Positions 51,748 to 60,759 of a DNA stretch of 64,000 bases are shown here, one piece after another. This DNA comes from Candidatus Moanibacter sp. (GTDB lineage Bacteria > Verrucomicrobiota > Verrucomicrobiia > Opitutales > UBA2987). Within the stretch, counting starts at the first letter, position 1; each line of letters begins with the position of its first letter. The notes below the pieces were generated by a model. The model was not told where the DNA came from. It worked only from the letters and a program-made list of their open reading frames with translations, and searched no databases. The position numbers were made by a program, and so were the translations under genes. The DNA lies in assembly GCA_965215885.1 (NCBI GenBank), contig CBDCEW010000100.1:64001-128000 (forward strand). The letters run 5' to 3'.

Positions 51748-52146
51748 TCACGACACTTGCTTCATTTCCTTTGCCCCAACCGGTAGGATGAAGCCCGACC
51801 CTTGCGGAGCATCCCCGGCCTTAAGGACAATCTGCGGCCACCACCTGACAAGCTCGGAGATTTGCTTCCAGTAGCTCCTTTCCGCCCAGCCCTTTCCGAG
51901 AAAGAAGGCCGTTAAACCCGACTCTAGCCAAGCTTGGCGCTCGTGCTTTCCACGTGTGATTCGGGGGTCGCCAGAGACGATTACCCAGTCACCCTCCTCT
52001 GCGAGAGTCGCCAGCCATTCTTGATCGGGAGTGTCGCGTCTGAACATTTCCGACAGGTGGGCTATTTCGAGGTGCTGCGGCTCTGCGAGAACCCGTAGCG
52101 CCCTCGCGAATCGCGGACTGATACAGTTATCGAGAAACAGTCTCAC
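51748..52146 (-). CDS. VapC45-like PIN toxin
   Basis: RLFLDNCIS, TPDQEWL, WVIVSGD.RI. Confidence 0.85.
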   Translation of the reverse strand: MRLFLDNCISPRFARALRVLAEPQHLEIAHLSEMFRRDTPDQEWLATLAEEGDWVIVSGDPRITRGKHERQAWLESGLTAFFLGKGWAERSYWKQISELVRWWPQIVLKAGDAPQGSGFILPVGAKEMKQVS

Positions 52147-52838
52147 GCAGCAAGGCTTGCCTCAAAGTCCACTGCATCGCGTGCGGATTTTTGGGAAACC
52201 TCGTACCATTCGGCTACGTGTTCAACAGACGGGTCCGTTCGATAGGCGTTGTAGAGCACACGCGTCGGTACTCCCTCCGGCGAAACAATCGGTGCGCCGA
52301 AAGAACGGCCAGGATCCACTAAGACAGCGCGATCCTCGCCTAAGGGCCGCCACTGTGAGGGTTCGTCGTGCTTATCAAACTCGATTCCAGTATAGAGAAA
52401 CGGCGAAATTACTTGCTCGAAGGCATACTGGCTTTCAACGAGATCAAGCAGGAGCTTATCTCCACTAGGCTGGATCAATTCAGCTAGAATGGTCCGACCG
52501 TCGGTCTTGAAAAGACGGGTCGAGAATGGACGACGTCGGCCGATTAGTTCCCTTGCGCATTCCGAGGCGATACGAATCGATCGCCAGCTAACGCCATGCT
52601 CGCAAAAGGCATTGAGAAAACGAATCTCCATGAGGTCTAAGAAGTCGAGGGCAATTGAACCTTCGATTCGCTTGACGGCGGTTGCGATTACGGGTGGGGA
52701 GTAATGCTGCTCCCCAGCGTAGCGGTAATGGTAACCGCCAGTCCAGCGACGGATCCGCGCCGAAGGAACTCGTGTGAGTCTCTCGGCTTCGGCCACGGTA
52801 TAAAGACCGCGTCCAACTAGCTCAAAGGTCGCAGCCAT
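52143..52838 (-). CDS. VapB45-like antitoxin (MerR-like HTH plus DUF433)
   Basis: GLYTVAEAERL...IRRW, FLDLMEIR, VDPGRSFGAP. Confidence 0.85.
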   Translation of the reverse strand: MAATFELVGRGLYTVAEAERLTRVPSARIRRWTGGYHYRYAGEQHYSPPVIATAVKRIEGSIALDFLDLMEIRFLNAFCEHGVSWRSIRIASECARELIGRRRPFSTRLFKTDGRTILAELIQPSGDKLLLDLVESQYAFEQVISPFLYTGIEFDKHDEPSQWRPLGEDRAVLVDPGRSFGAPIVSPEGVPTRVLYNAYRTDPSVEHVAEWYEVSQKSARDAVDFEASLAA

Positions 52839-53091
52839 AACACGGTTCTTTCAAATGATAACTGGTGTATTCGAGCACTTTCAAGATACGTTTTTTCAAA
52901 ACGTTAGTGTATTTCTGGTGCGAATTCATGGCAAGAGCAGCAATTTTGTTCCGATCGTCCGAAATTCGACGAACAAAGTGAGGGCCGCAATCCGCGGCTG
53001 CAGCGCGCGGATCAATGTTTCCGAAAGTTCTGCATTATCCCGGCCGAGGAGCATGAAGTCAATGATAGTTACCGAAGATTCAGTGATTTGG

Positions 53092-54985
53092 CACGGTATT
53101 TTGATTCTCGGAGCATTAGGTGATGATATTGATGGCCTTATGTAAGTTAAAGACGAAATCATCACAGAGTGCGGGAGTGGATTCAGCGCCCATGGAAGAC
53201 TTGAGGCTGAGAACCAGTTGCCTGCATGCAGCAAGAATTCTGGCTGCGTTATGATTACGGATCATACATCGATCTTCATCGAAGAAGCGATCCCTGGGGT
53301 AATGATTTTTATTTTCGATCGACCAATGGTTGCGAATTTTCGAGAGGAACTGTTGAGGGCTCAAATCGGCGGGATCGAGACTGCTTACGTAGTAAGAGCG
53401 TTCAGAGGAAGGTTCAGCTTTGTTTGGATAATGGAAGGTGCGTTGCACACAGGCGAACTGGCGGGCATGGGGCAGGCCGGCAGAGGGAGCGCTTAGAGAA
53501 TGGGTTGCTATTTGACGTATTTCGAGTCGCCCATGGTCATTGTCCACGGTTTGGTGGAGAAAAAGGGGGTGGAGCTGAAGAGATTCTGAGCGTATTGATG
53601 CATGTTGGGCTGATTGTCTTTAATTTGAATAACATAGTCAGCACTGAGTTCTTCGACGACGATGTGGGCAGTTTCTTTTTGATTATGCATGGCGTCGAAG
53701 GTGAAGGTGGAGCCGTCCAAAATGGGCATCTTTCGCAAGAGAGTCTGGGCGGCGGTGATCGCGTTGGATTTATCGGCGGTAGCGACTTGGGCTAAGGTTT
53801 GAGCGCTTTGGTGATCGACTGCGGCCACCAGGTGCAGAGCCTTTGATTCTTCGGTGTTTGTGCCTTTGAGGGTCTTGCCGTCGACGGCAATATCGCGGGG
53901 CAAACAGCCGTCTTGTAAGCAGATGAATTCGGTGAGGGTTTTATCGAAGAGCTCGGCCTTTACGTTTTGCAAGACCCGATAGAAGACATCATAGCAAGGG
54001 GCCTTATAGCGGCCTGTTTTGGGGTTTTTCCAGGAGCGTAAGGCGCGCAATTGGGCTTGATTGAGATGATGGGCCAGGCGCACGATGCCCTTGAGGGTCT
54101 GTTTGCCGCACATCGTGCCGAGCACAATCATGCTCAGGACCGTGGCGAGCCGATATCTAAGGCCCGCTTTACGACGGAAGTCTTCTATCTGATTGAAGCG
54201 TTCCCACAGGCTGCTCATCTGTTCCACTTTGAGGCAGACCGCATGGGAGTTATCGGTTTCATTGAGCGCCTGGCTCTGTGCCGCGGGCAATGGCCCTGAA
54301 GCGCGCAAAAGCTCAAGGGCATTAGCCTTGAGGGGTTTGACCCAGATCTGCTTGGGACGCTCATGGCGTTGATAGAAATCTTCGCGTTGGCGGCCATATC
54401 CCGCGCTCAAGCCCAAGGGCGTCCACCCGCTCGCTTCGTAGCAAGTGCCCCGGTGAATCTGTGGGTCCACGAACGTTTCCGCTACTAAGGGACGATAGCC
54501 AAAAGCCTCCTGCCAGTGATCGGCTAAGACTCTCAGGCACATACCCAACGTCTTGGAGGCCAAATTTGCAAGATCCACCCCGGGCAAAATCAGAAAACGC
54601 CGGTTCTGTACTACCAGTTTCAATCGTGCATGCCGTTGCGCCCCGTCCCACCCGATCCATTCGTCTCGATCCTTCAGCCGGTAGGATGCGGCCCCCCACA
54701 AGAGCAGGCCCATCCATTGCCCGTCGATCTGCGCCACATAGCGCAGGGTCTCTCCTGCGCTGCCCGCACTGTGTAAATAATGATGTTGTTTCAATAGATC
54801 ATTGAATCGCTCCTGCTCTTCGGGCAGGACCAGACGCAGAGTTAAACGATCTATCGAAGGATTCAGTTGGTAAGATTTTTTGTCTTTCATCCCATCTTAA
54901 CATGACTGATTCCCTCGGGTTTGTTTAGCTCTTTTTTTATCTTCTTGCTTATCAGCTAGTTGCTTCCTGGAATCCTTTTACCCTG
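53092..54985 (-). mobile_element. ISAs1-family element, copy 1 (1894 bp)
   Basis: Imperfect IRs CAGGGTAAAAGGATTC / CACGGTATTTTGATTC; 10-bp TSD AGTGATTTGG at 53082-53091 and 54986-54995. Confidence 0.9.
53116..54890 (-). CDS. ISAs1 transposase with N-terminal DUF4338 (DruA-like) domain, -1 frameshift
   Basis: HHYL, RFLILP..NLAS, ETFVDP..GTCY.ASGW; IAVDGKTL, DAMH, QIKDNQP; second frame HGRLE.R, RNHWSIEN..H..RD..F.ED. Confidence 0.85.
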
Positions 54986-55186
54986 AGTGATTTGGCAAAT
55001 TGTGTTTCTTACAGATGTCACAATAGACAGAATTCCGTCTATTGTCATGAAAAAGATGTCGAGTGTGCTGAAAACGGTGTTTCGCAAGCAGCGAATCGGA
55101 CAGAATCAGACTGCGAGTGTTAGAGTAAAGGAATCGAAGAGGGTCCAGGAATCGAGAGGGAATCGGAGAGGGGAATCGAAGACGGT

Positions 55187-55443
55187 CAAACTGCGAATTG
55201 TTGTGTGGAGAAGACGCTTTGAAGGCGTCGGTAACGGGACAGACTGCCGCGGTATGCCATCCGCCTCGTTCAGCTCTTGAGAGCTTGGGTGTCTTGCCTT
55301 GCACGACCTCCGTGGGGTAGGGCAGGGCGATGGAACCGAAAATCCGTGAGGTTTTTGGGTTGAGGTAATCGGTAAGCGCACTGAGGAACGTAGAAGATAA
55401 CATGGGTTGTCAGGCTCGGCGTCTAACGCCCTGCGACGCCTTC
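55187..55443 (+). ncRNA. Structured non-coding element copy 2
   Basis: Perfect closing stem GAAGGCGTCG/CGACGCCTTC; shares GAGAGCTTGGGTGTCTTGCCT, AGGTAATCGGTAAGCG and AGAAGATAACATGGGTTGTCAG with copy 1. Confidence 0.55.
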
Positions 55444-55597
55444 CCGTTTAGTCAAGACTTAACTCCCGACCCCATTTCCGCCCCTGTGTTTATAGTTGCC
55501 ACTAGAAACTCGTAATCACGCCCGTATTCGACCGACTGAACACTCATAAGCGACCCCAGCTGTAATCCCGCGAGAAGAAGGTATTCCATATTATGTT

Positions 55598-55721
55598 GCC
55601 CAACGTTGAGTCATCCTACGCCTGACCGGGCGCGCGCTCCGACTTCTGGGTTGATCGTTGAATGGTCATGGTGGGTTGAACTCGCGGCGGGTCAGGCGTT
55701 AGGATCGACGTCTTGTTCGGC
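55598..55721 (-). other. attC site
   Basis: GCCCAAC...GTTCGGC with ACGCCTGACC/GGTCAGGCGT stem; matches core at 56214. Confidence 0.88.
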
Positions 55722-55734
55722 TTTTCTCTACTAC

Positions 55735-56202
55735 TCATAGTGAAAGCTTTAGTCCTTCGTGGGTCACTACGAATCCTAATGATTCGTTGAACTTCTTGGC
55801 GTCTGGCCGAGACTTATCCGTGGTGAGTTGGATCAAGTGGCAGCCCTCCTCTTTAGCGCGACAAATAGCTTCTGAAATCATGAGTCGGCCGATTCCTTGT
55901 GAGCGATGCCCCGAATCGACTCTGAAACCTTCGATCAATGCTCTCCTACCGCCCCGAAAGGTTAGATATGGAATGAAAGTGAGCTGCAGAACTCCGACTG
56001 CTCTGTTCTCAGACACCGCCACTAGTAGCTCATTAGCGCCGCTTTCAGAGATCTCGTCGAAGGCACTTCCATATGAGGTAGGAAGAGGCTCGTCGAAACT
56101 CTCTCTCGTGCGACCGAGCTTATCGTCCGCGAGCATCCGAACAATGCATGGCAGATCCGCTTGGATCGCCTCTCGAATCGCTATCGTTGGTGGAGAGCTC
56201 AT
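55735..56202 (-). CDS. GNAT acetyltransferase (cassette)
   Basis: IEGFRVDSGHRSQGIG, QLTTDKSRPDA, SLGF. Confidence 0.9.
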   Translation of the reverse strand: MSSPPTIAIREAIQADLPCIVRMLADDKLGRTRESFDEPLPTSYGSAFDEISESGANELLVAVSENRAVGVLQLTFIPYLTFRGGRRALIEGFRVDSGHRSQGIGRLMISEAICRAKEEGCHLIQLTTDKSRPDAKKFNESLGFVVTHEGLKLSL

Positions 56203-56213
56203 CTTATTTTCTC

Positions 56214-57788
56214 GCCGAACGTTAAAGGCCAGATACGCGACAAATGACAAACAAATTAAAAAAATCGCCTCGTCAGCAGAATCTGTGGGTTATTTCGGGT
56301 TCAGGCAAGTCGCCCATGGTATGAAATAGGGCGATCTTAAGCACTTCGAAGCTCTTAAAGCCGTATGCTTTTCTGATAGTGAGATTTATATTGCGGTTAA
56401 AGCCCTCCACAATGCCGCAGGAAAAGGCCTTTTTGGCCCGAAACCAGTTGAGGATGAGCGGCTCGTGTTTGCGCACCGAGCGCACGAACCTTTTGATCGG
56501 TTTGAGGCGCGAACGCATGGCGCGCGTGCACCATTTTTTCAGATACCATTGGGCCCAGTAGGGACTTTTATAATGCCACAAGAGCTGAAAGCTCTCCTTT
56601 AGTAGATAGGCCCGCACGCTCTTCAGATCGTATTGGAGCACCTCCTTGAGGCGGATCTGTTGGGTGGGGGTGAGATTTGCGGATTTTTGAAGAAACAGTA
56701 TTTGCTTTTGACCAGCACGTTGATGTAGCCGTCCCGTTGCAATCGCCTGGCTTCCGCAGCACGAATCTCATTGAGGGCCTTGTTCAGGTTGGCTACCAAG
56801 TGGAAGCGATCGAGGATGTGCAGCGCCTGGGGTGCCTTTTTCTTGATCACTTTGAGGTAAGGCTTCCACAGATCCGAGCAGACGTAGAGGATCTGGCTGC
56901 TCTTTTGCGCTCCCAATTCCCAGAAAAAACGCAAGAGCGATTTTACGTTGCGCTTATTGAATACGCCCAATAGCCGCCGCCGCCCCTCGTCAAGCTGGTA
57001 GACCACGGTGAGATAGTGATGGCCTCGATGATACTGCACCTCATCGACTCCGATCGCCTCAATCCCGCTCATATCGCGCCGTTTGAGCCCCCAACGCACC
57101 ATCGCCTCGACCGACTCGAAGACGTTGCGCCAGTTTGCGAAAAACCCTTGCCGTCTCTTCCCAGCTCAAGCGCCTCGCCCACTGGGCCAGAAAATTGCAT
57201 TGGCCAACTCAGATGACTCTTGCCCTTGGCCCAGGGCACCTCTTCGACCTTCACCCCGCACCGCCGGCAATTGACCCGCCGCATGCGGTAACGAAAATAC
57301 ACCTTCATCCCCCACAAGGGCACAAATTCAAAATGCCTCGCCTCGCTCATGTGGTCGTAGCCGCTGGCCGTCCGGCCACACCCCGAACAGCACACCCGAC
57401 TATTCTTGCGCGGCTCAATCTGCACCACAATCGCCTCCACCGATTTCACCATTTCCATACTCGCCTTTGCGTAAACAAAGCTCTTTAGCAATTCAGTAGC
57501 GTTTTGATGAGCACTGGGTCCTCCGTGTTCAGGATGTATTTTCGGTACTACTTTCATCCTCGGAACGGCCCGGTGCTTCAACCTTTCAATCCCATATGCA
57601 AAGAAAACACCGACCAGCCCCTCCGGCTGTGGAGGAGCGGGATTCAGGGCAGCGCCCTGACTTCTCCTTGTGCTCACCGACTCTATTTCCTCTTGTAAGC
57701 GACGTTACCCACCCACAGATTCTGCTGTAGACCCAAAAAATCTAAAACAAGAACCTTACACCGCGTTATCTGGGCCGACTTGTTAGGT
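56214..57788 (-). other. attC site split by ISL3
   Basis: Left arm GCCGAAC..GGCCAGATACGCG pairs with right arm CGCGTTATCTGGGCC..GTTAGGT. Confidence 0.8.
56267..57734 (-). mobile_element. ISL3-family element with frameshifted transposase
   Basis: 24-bp IRs with perfect CAGCAGAATCTGTGGGT; 8-bp TSD AAAAAATC; zinc finger CSGC..CRRC, IGVDE, DRFH, EGFN..AYGF in three frames. Confidence 0.9.
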
Positions 57789-57795
57789 ATTTCTT

Positions 57796-58122
57796 TTAAT
57801 CGATTAATGAATATGTTAAACAATCATACTTATAATTCGGATCAATTCTCATTACCGTTTCCGATTTCACAAGATCTTGCAAAGAGGTTAAGTCGTACGG
57901 GTTCTTTTTCGCCTTAATGTCATATTTCTCAAATTCACATAATTTATCAAATCCTATGTTAGTATCACCATATTTGCGCTGTAATGGATATTCATTCTTT
58001 TTTAGTTTGTTCTCAAATTTCAGCAATAATTCCATACTAGATGCGGCACACGATTTAGGAAACCATTGTTGATGGTAAGGAAGAATAGTATTTATGAAAT
58101 TATCTAGTTTATTTTTGTTCAT
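57796..58122 (-). CDS. Hypothetical AT-rich cassette protein (peptidase C39-like start, possibly truncated)
   Basis: QQ....SCAASSME motif; very low GC. Confidence 0.55.
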   Translation of the reverse strand: MNKNKLDNFINTILPYHQQWFPKSCAASSMELLLKFENKLKKNEYPLQRKYGDTNIGFDKLCEFEKYDIKAKKNPYDLTSLQDLVKSETVMRIDPNYKYDCLTYSLID

Positions 58123-58198
58123 TTCTAACGTTCAAGTGATTGTATGGATGCGAGGAGCGGAGCGACGAACAGCCATTACCATGCACGCCTTGTTAGGC
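58123..58198 (-). other. attC site
   Basis: TTCTAAC...GTTAGGC, 76 bp. Confidence 0.8.
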
Positions 58199-58934
58199 CT
58201 ACATGACTCTTCGCCTTTGAAACGCTTTTACATCGGCGGCAGAAAGCTGAAACCATTCGCCTTCTAATCGCTTTTCCCTAAATCGGTTGTGCCAGTAGGC
58301 TTCAATGCCAACCGGATCGTCAGTTGAAATGACATGAACCTCTTCAGTCTTGTAGGGCATCTGTGTTTTAATCTCTTTGTAGCGCCTCGCAGCGTCCGTG
58401 CTTCTTCCGGATTTTGTAGGATTTGCCGTGCTTCAATAGGTAGACGTGCCCTTCCTCGTTTCCGATTTCCCCGGTTGAGCCAATTGGCTCTTTCCTGCTT
58501 CTCAGTGACTCGCGAGCAGACAGCAGAATCTCGGTCACATCCGAAGAGCCCTCGTGGGATTCACAATAATCCAATATCCGGTCGATCATTTGCGCTTTTT
58601 TGCCGAGGTGTCGGGCGATCGTAACATGGCTCGGAAGTTCGTCGTCTTGCCGCTTTCGAAGTTTTAATTCCGGTTTCGTCGGGAGGTGCCCGAGTTCCCT
58701 GGTAAATTCGACGATCTTAGAAATCATCCATTCTTGATCGAGCGGCTCGGCACCGAAGTGGTTGGGAGCGAATCCTGCTTCTATCTGAGCATCAGACCAT
58801 TTCGCCCAGTATATTCCATACCAATCTTCCTTCCGAATTCCCGTTTCCTCACGGAACCGGTCGATCCCGAGCGGCCTACCATCGTTCTCTATGGCGGTTC
58901 GCTTGATGGCTGAAAGGATATATTCTTTATCCAT
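58199..58934 (-). pseudogene. GIY-YIG/T5orf172 nuclease with N-terminal HNH-associated repeat, one frameshift
   Basis: GHVYLLK..YKI then shifted frame TDDPVGIEAYWHNRF..KRLEGEWF; one extra base near 58470. Confidence 0.8.
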
Positions 58935-58945
58935 TTCGTTTTTGT

Positions 58946-59029
58946 GCCGAACGCCACCATAACCGACCGGAGCACGCAGTGCGGAGGTCCAGCCAGCTTT
59001 GCTGGCGATGGTTGATGGCTTTGTTAGGC
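58946..59029 (-). other. attC site
   Basis: GCCGAAC...GTTAGGC. Confidence 0.8.
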
Positions 59030-59037
59030 AACACCCT

Positions 59038-59460
59038 CTACACCCTAAACGTTCTAATTCGATCCGGTTTTAGGTTTAGGACACGGAGCACTTCTGGGTT
59101 ACTACGCCAGAACTCAAGAGTTTTCTGATTTCCTTGGTTGGACAAATCCCAGTACTTAGATGACAATTTTTCCACCAGCTCGATCCCACCTTCTTTGTGA
59201 ATTGAAGCTAGTCCATCAAACGCAACCCAACCCTCCTGCTCGCCAACATTATTGATGACGAGTACAGATATTGATGGGTTGACGCGTATTCTAGCCAATT
59301 TTGGTGAGGTCTTATTCGAAAACATGAAAACCGACTCTCCATCCCATTCAAACCACACAGGGACAGAAATTGGTGCACCGCTCTCTGAGAGAGTCGTAAT
59401 GATTGCGTATCGCGGCTCCGAAAGAAAACGGTCACGTTCCTCAACTGTCATTTTTGCCAT
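59038..59460 (-). CDS. Pyridoxamine 5'-phosphate oxidase-like (PPOX class) protein (cassette)
   Basis: G.PISVPVWF.WDG, K...IR.NP.ISV. Confidence 0.85.
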   Translation of the reverse strand: MAKMTVEERDRFLSEPRYAIITTLSESGAPISVPVWFEWDGESVFMFSNKTSPKLARIRVNPSISVLVINNVGEQEGWVAFDGLASIHKEGGIELVEKLSSKYWDLSNQGNQKTLEFWRSNPEVLRVLNLKPDRIRTFRV

Positions 59461-59654
59461 TGAAATTCCTCCTATTCTGACTGCCTAATTCGGCGCTCAC
59501 CAACTTCGCGCTGGACTGTAGCAAGCTTGCTTGCGGAAGGGAAGCGGGAATGTTGGTGCAGTGTCCTGGTTCCGCGGTGCGCGTAGCGCGACGCGGGAAC
59601 AGGACACTGCACGAAGTGAGCGCCGAATTCCTGCGGAGGAGCGAAGCGGATCCG

Positions 59655-59717
59655 CAGGAACGTTAAAACTCTCACACGACGGCGCTAGCCGGCGTTGTGA
59701 GCAGTGCTTGGTTAGAC
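59655..59717 (-). other. attC site
   Basis: CAGGAAC...GTTAGAC with CTCACA/TGTGAG stem; matches core at 60088. Confidence 0.8.
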
Positions 59718-60080
59718 ATTTTTGATTGCTTCAGTAGCGAAATGTGTCGCGAGTCGATTGATAACTGAAAAGACCAATGATCCTCCCTTCGAGGATATGA
59801 CGGTCTTAATTTTGTTCCATACTTTATCATCCCTTATTTTTCCAAGAAACTCGTGACCCTCCCAAGTGAGCTCAAATGGTATTACGTAGATGACTCGATC
59901 ACTCGTGCTCGATGTAACTGGTTCGCACCTCAATAAACCTGCATCATGGAGCAGTACAAGATGAGTCTTGATAGTGAATTCTTCGTACCCCTCAATTGGT
60001 GGCACGTCAATACGTTCGGGTGTTTCCCTTTCTTCGAAAAAGAGGAGTAGTTTTCGAACTAGCTCAAAGTCTCGTTTCAT
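59712..60080 (-). CDS. DUF2513 domain protein (cassette)
   Basis: MKRDFELVRKLLL, HL.LL.DAGL, LTWEGHEFL..IRD..VW. Confidence 0.9.
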   Translation of the reverse strand: MKRDFELVRKLLLFFEERETPERIDVPPIEGYEEFTIKTHLVLLHDAGLLRCEPVTSSTSDRVIYVIPFELTWEGHEFLGKIRDDKVWNKIKTVISSKGGSLVFSVINRLATHFATEAIKNV

Positions 60081-60087
60081 AATTTTG

Positions 60088-60211
60088 GTCTAACGTACCA
60101 GCCCACCCACAGACGGGCGAGAAGGCGTGCGGCGAACTATTTGAAAATGAACTTGCAAGAAATTTTGAAATCAATGCCGTCCGTCTGTTGGCGTGCCGCG
60201 TCTTGTTAGCC
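60088..60211 (-). other. attC site
   Basis: GTCTAAC...GTTAGCC with ACAGACGG/CCGTCTGT stem; matches core at 60701. Confidence 0.85.
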
Positions 60212-60553
60212 AATTAGAGTTTTGAGATTTTGAACAGCCTTTTCATACCTCTCTTCATCATAAGCTTCCGTAAGGATGGATTCCGCGCTTGCTGCCTCTA
60301 CGAGTTCGAGAACGTGGCTTGCCAGTTGCTTGACCGATTCTTCGGTTTCCTTGAGTTTCTTGAACTTTATGTCCAACAATTTTCCAGCCGTTAGTCTTTC
60401 AAGTGTTCCGTCGAAGAATATGAGTCCGAACACCACAATCGACAATACGATAAGCGCGAGAAACGTGGCTTCTCCGACAATACCCTTCACGATCAATATG
60501 GACGATCCAGACACGCCTAGGATCAGGAGAGTTACTGCTATGGTTCTTTTCAT
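60206..60553 (-). CDS. Hypothetical two-TM membrane protein (cassette)
   Basis: Two hydrophobic helices then coiled coil; stop within inverse core. Confidence 0.7.
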   Translation of the reverse strand: MKRTIAVTLLILGVSGSSILIVKGIVGEATFLALIVLSIVVFGLIFFDGTLERLTAGKLLDIKFKKLKETEESVKQLASHVLELVEAASAESILTEAYDEERYEKAVQNLKTLIG

Positions 60554-60700
60554 TTTCGCGGGGTTGTATTGGTTATGCTCTCTTCCCTTTCGGGTGATAG
60601 ACTCGGCAATTCGTTGGTTGTACGAGCTCTTATCCTTTCCCTTCGGGCTGATCGATTTGGGTTTCTATTAGGTTTTCGGGAAGGTAACTGGATTTTTGAT

Positions 60701-60759
60701 GGCTAACGGTATGAATCAGGCGCGGCCTTCAGGCTGTCGCCTGAATTCGATTGTTCGCA
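60701..60759 (-). other. attC site
   Basis: GGCTAAC...GTTCGCA with TCAGGCG/CGCCTGA stem; matches core at 61861. Confidence 0.88.

Noticed and set aside
53508..54890. Druantia defence system
   Set aside because: Only a DruA-like domain inside an IS; no DruE helicase or other dru genes
52855..55280. Gene interrupted by ISAs1 copy 1
   Set aside because: Rejoined flanks give open frames on both strands but no recognisable protein
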